Assembly: GCA_002633005.1 (NCBI GenBank)
Contig: NMRA01000007.1
Span: 432,617 to 496,616 of the forward strand
Direction of reading: 5' to 3'
DNA length: 64,000 bases
DNA from: Phoronis australis
Taxonomy: Eukaryota > Animalia > Phoronida
In this document: piece after piece, positions 63,301-64,000 of the stretch
Layout of the letters: each line of letters opens with the position of its first letter
How positions within the stretch are numbered: the first letter of the stretch is position 1
Notes under the pieces: generated by a model
The model's input: the letters and a program-made list of their open reading frames with translations, nothing else
Told to the model about the DNA's origin: nothing
Database searches by the model: none
Translations under genes and position numbers: made by a program

Positions 63301-63610
63301 AGCATTATCTTCAGAGAACCTAATAAGGAGTTACTGTACATTAAAGAGTCATTTGGCCATTCGGGACCAGCATGCCACTGATTCTCTGAATAACATGCAG
63401 AGCTCTGTGACCCTGCAACTATGGTGACCAGCCAAGCTACTGACTATATTCCCTGTATCTCTCACTTCACTTTATGGATGTTACCTGAGCTGTATGTTGG
63501 CACTTGTTGTCCTAAATTGTTGGTCCTGATGATGTCTAATGAAAAGACGAAACGTTGAATTGAACATGAACTTTTTTATTTGCGCGGCGATCGTCCGGTT
63601 TTTAATCTTA
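63301..63610 (+). mobile_element. Penelope-like element 3' end (GIY-YIG C-terminus plus 3' region)
   Basis: IIFREPNKELLYIKES/LAIRDQHATDSLNNMQSSVTLQLW* (one frameshift) fits the PLE endonuclease tail LxIKESLxI....LN; followed by a hammerhead core. Confidence 0.7.
63520..63562 (+). ncRNA. Minimal type-I hammerhead ribozyme motif (probably degenerate)
   Basis: CTGATGA-T-GTCT(AATGAAA)AGAC-GAAACGTT-GA: intact core boxes, 4-bp stem II, palindromic ACGT stem III, weak stem I. Confidence 0.6.
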
Positions 63611-64000
63611 CTGTGGCCAAAAACTGATTTAATTCCTTGCAATTGTTTGTTAAATAAAAGTTAGTCAGAGACAGGTTTGATTTTCTCTTTCATAGCATAG
63701 CATTACACGACAATAATATAATATTTAGGCAAGCATTGAAAATGAGTGGACAGATTGAGTTTAATATTACCAATACACAGCAACTGGATACGGCAAACAA
63801 TTTGTTAAAACATTATAATTAAAACAATATTTAGGAAGGGGATGTGACGATAGTACAGTAATTTCTAATCAATTCACTAATTTAAGTATCCTTTCAAATA
63901 TCTCATCTTATGTAGCTATCAATTTTGAGAGTTGTAAGCTTATACAAGCTTCTTGTAAGTTTTTCCTTGCATGCACCCCCCCAACGGCAAAACGGCAAAC

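Overview
AT-rich genomic DNA from an invertebrate metazoan (probably a lophotrochozoan; the species cannot be determined from sequence alone), from a draft assembly with one 162-N gap and four single-N joins. The ORF track is mostly noise because the genes are spliced. Manual exon chaining gives: (1) a complete 5-exon SPRED gene (+, 2917-27363, 438 aa, EVH1 + SPR domains, 18-kb first intron, probably ~4-kb 3'UTR); (2) a convergent 2-exon MAD2L1BP/p31comet gene (-, 36880-35074, 280 aa); (3) a B-box/B-box/coiled-coil TRIM-like exon (+, 41684-42914) with a possibly decayed C-terminus; (4) three or four exons of a MAM-domain gene (-, 62513 to ~60787). The rest is mobile-element debris: two tandem Hero-like RLE non-LTR fragments, a CR1/L2-type RT fragment, a Penelope GIY-YIG 3' end followed by a minimal hammerhead motif, a decayed tyrosine-recombinase (DIRS/Ngaro-like) element containing a hairpin minisatellite, a THAP remnant, tRNA-derived SINE heads, several MITE families (one with a 5-bp TSD supported by an empty site inside the window), and several long palindromes. 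No CRISPR array, rRNA or clearly novel multi-gene system is supported. The most notable signals are the overlapping uORF at the SPRED start, the hammerhead motifs, the 5-bp-TSD MITE and RNA hairpins in the SPRED 3'UTR.
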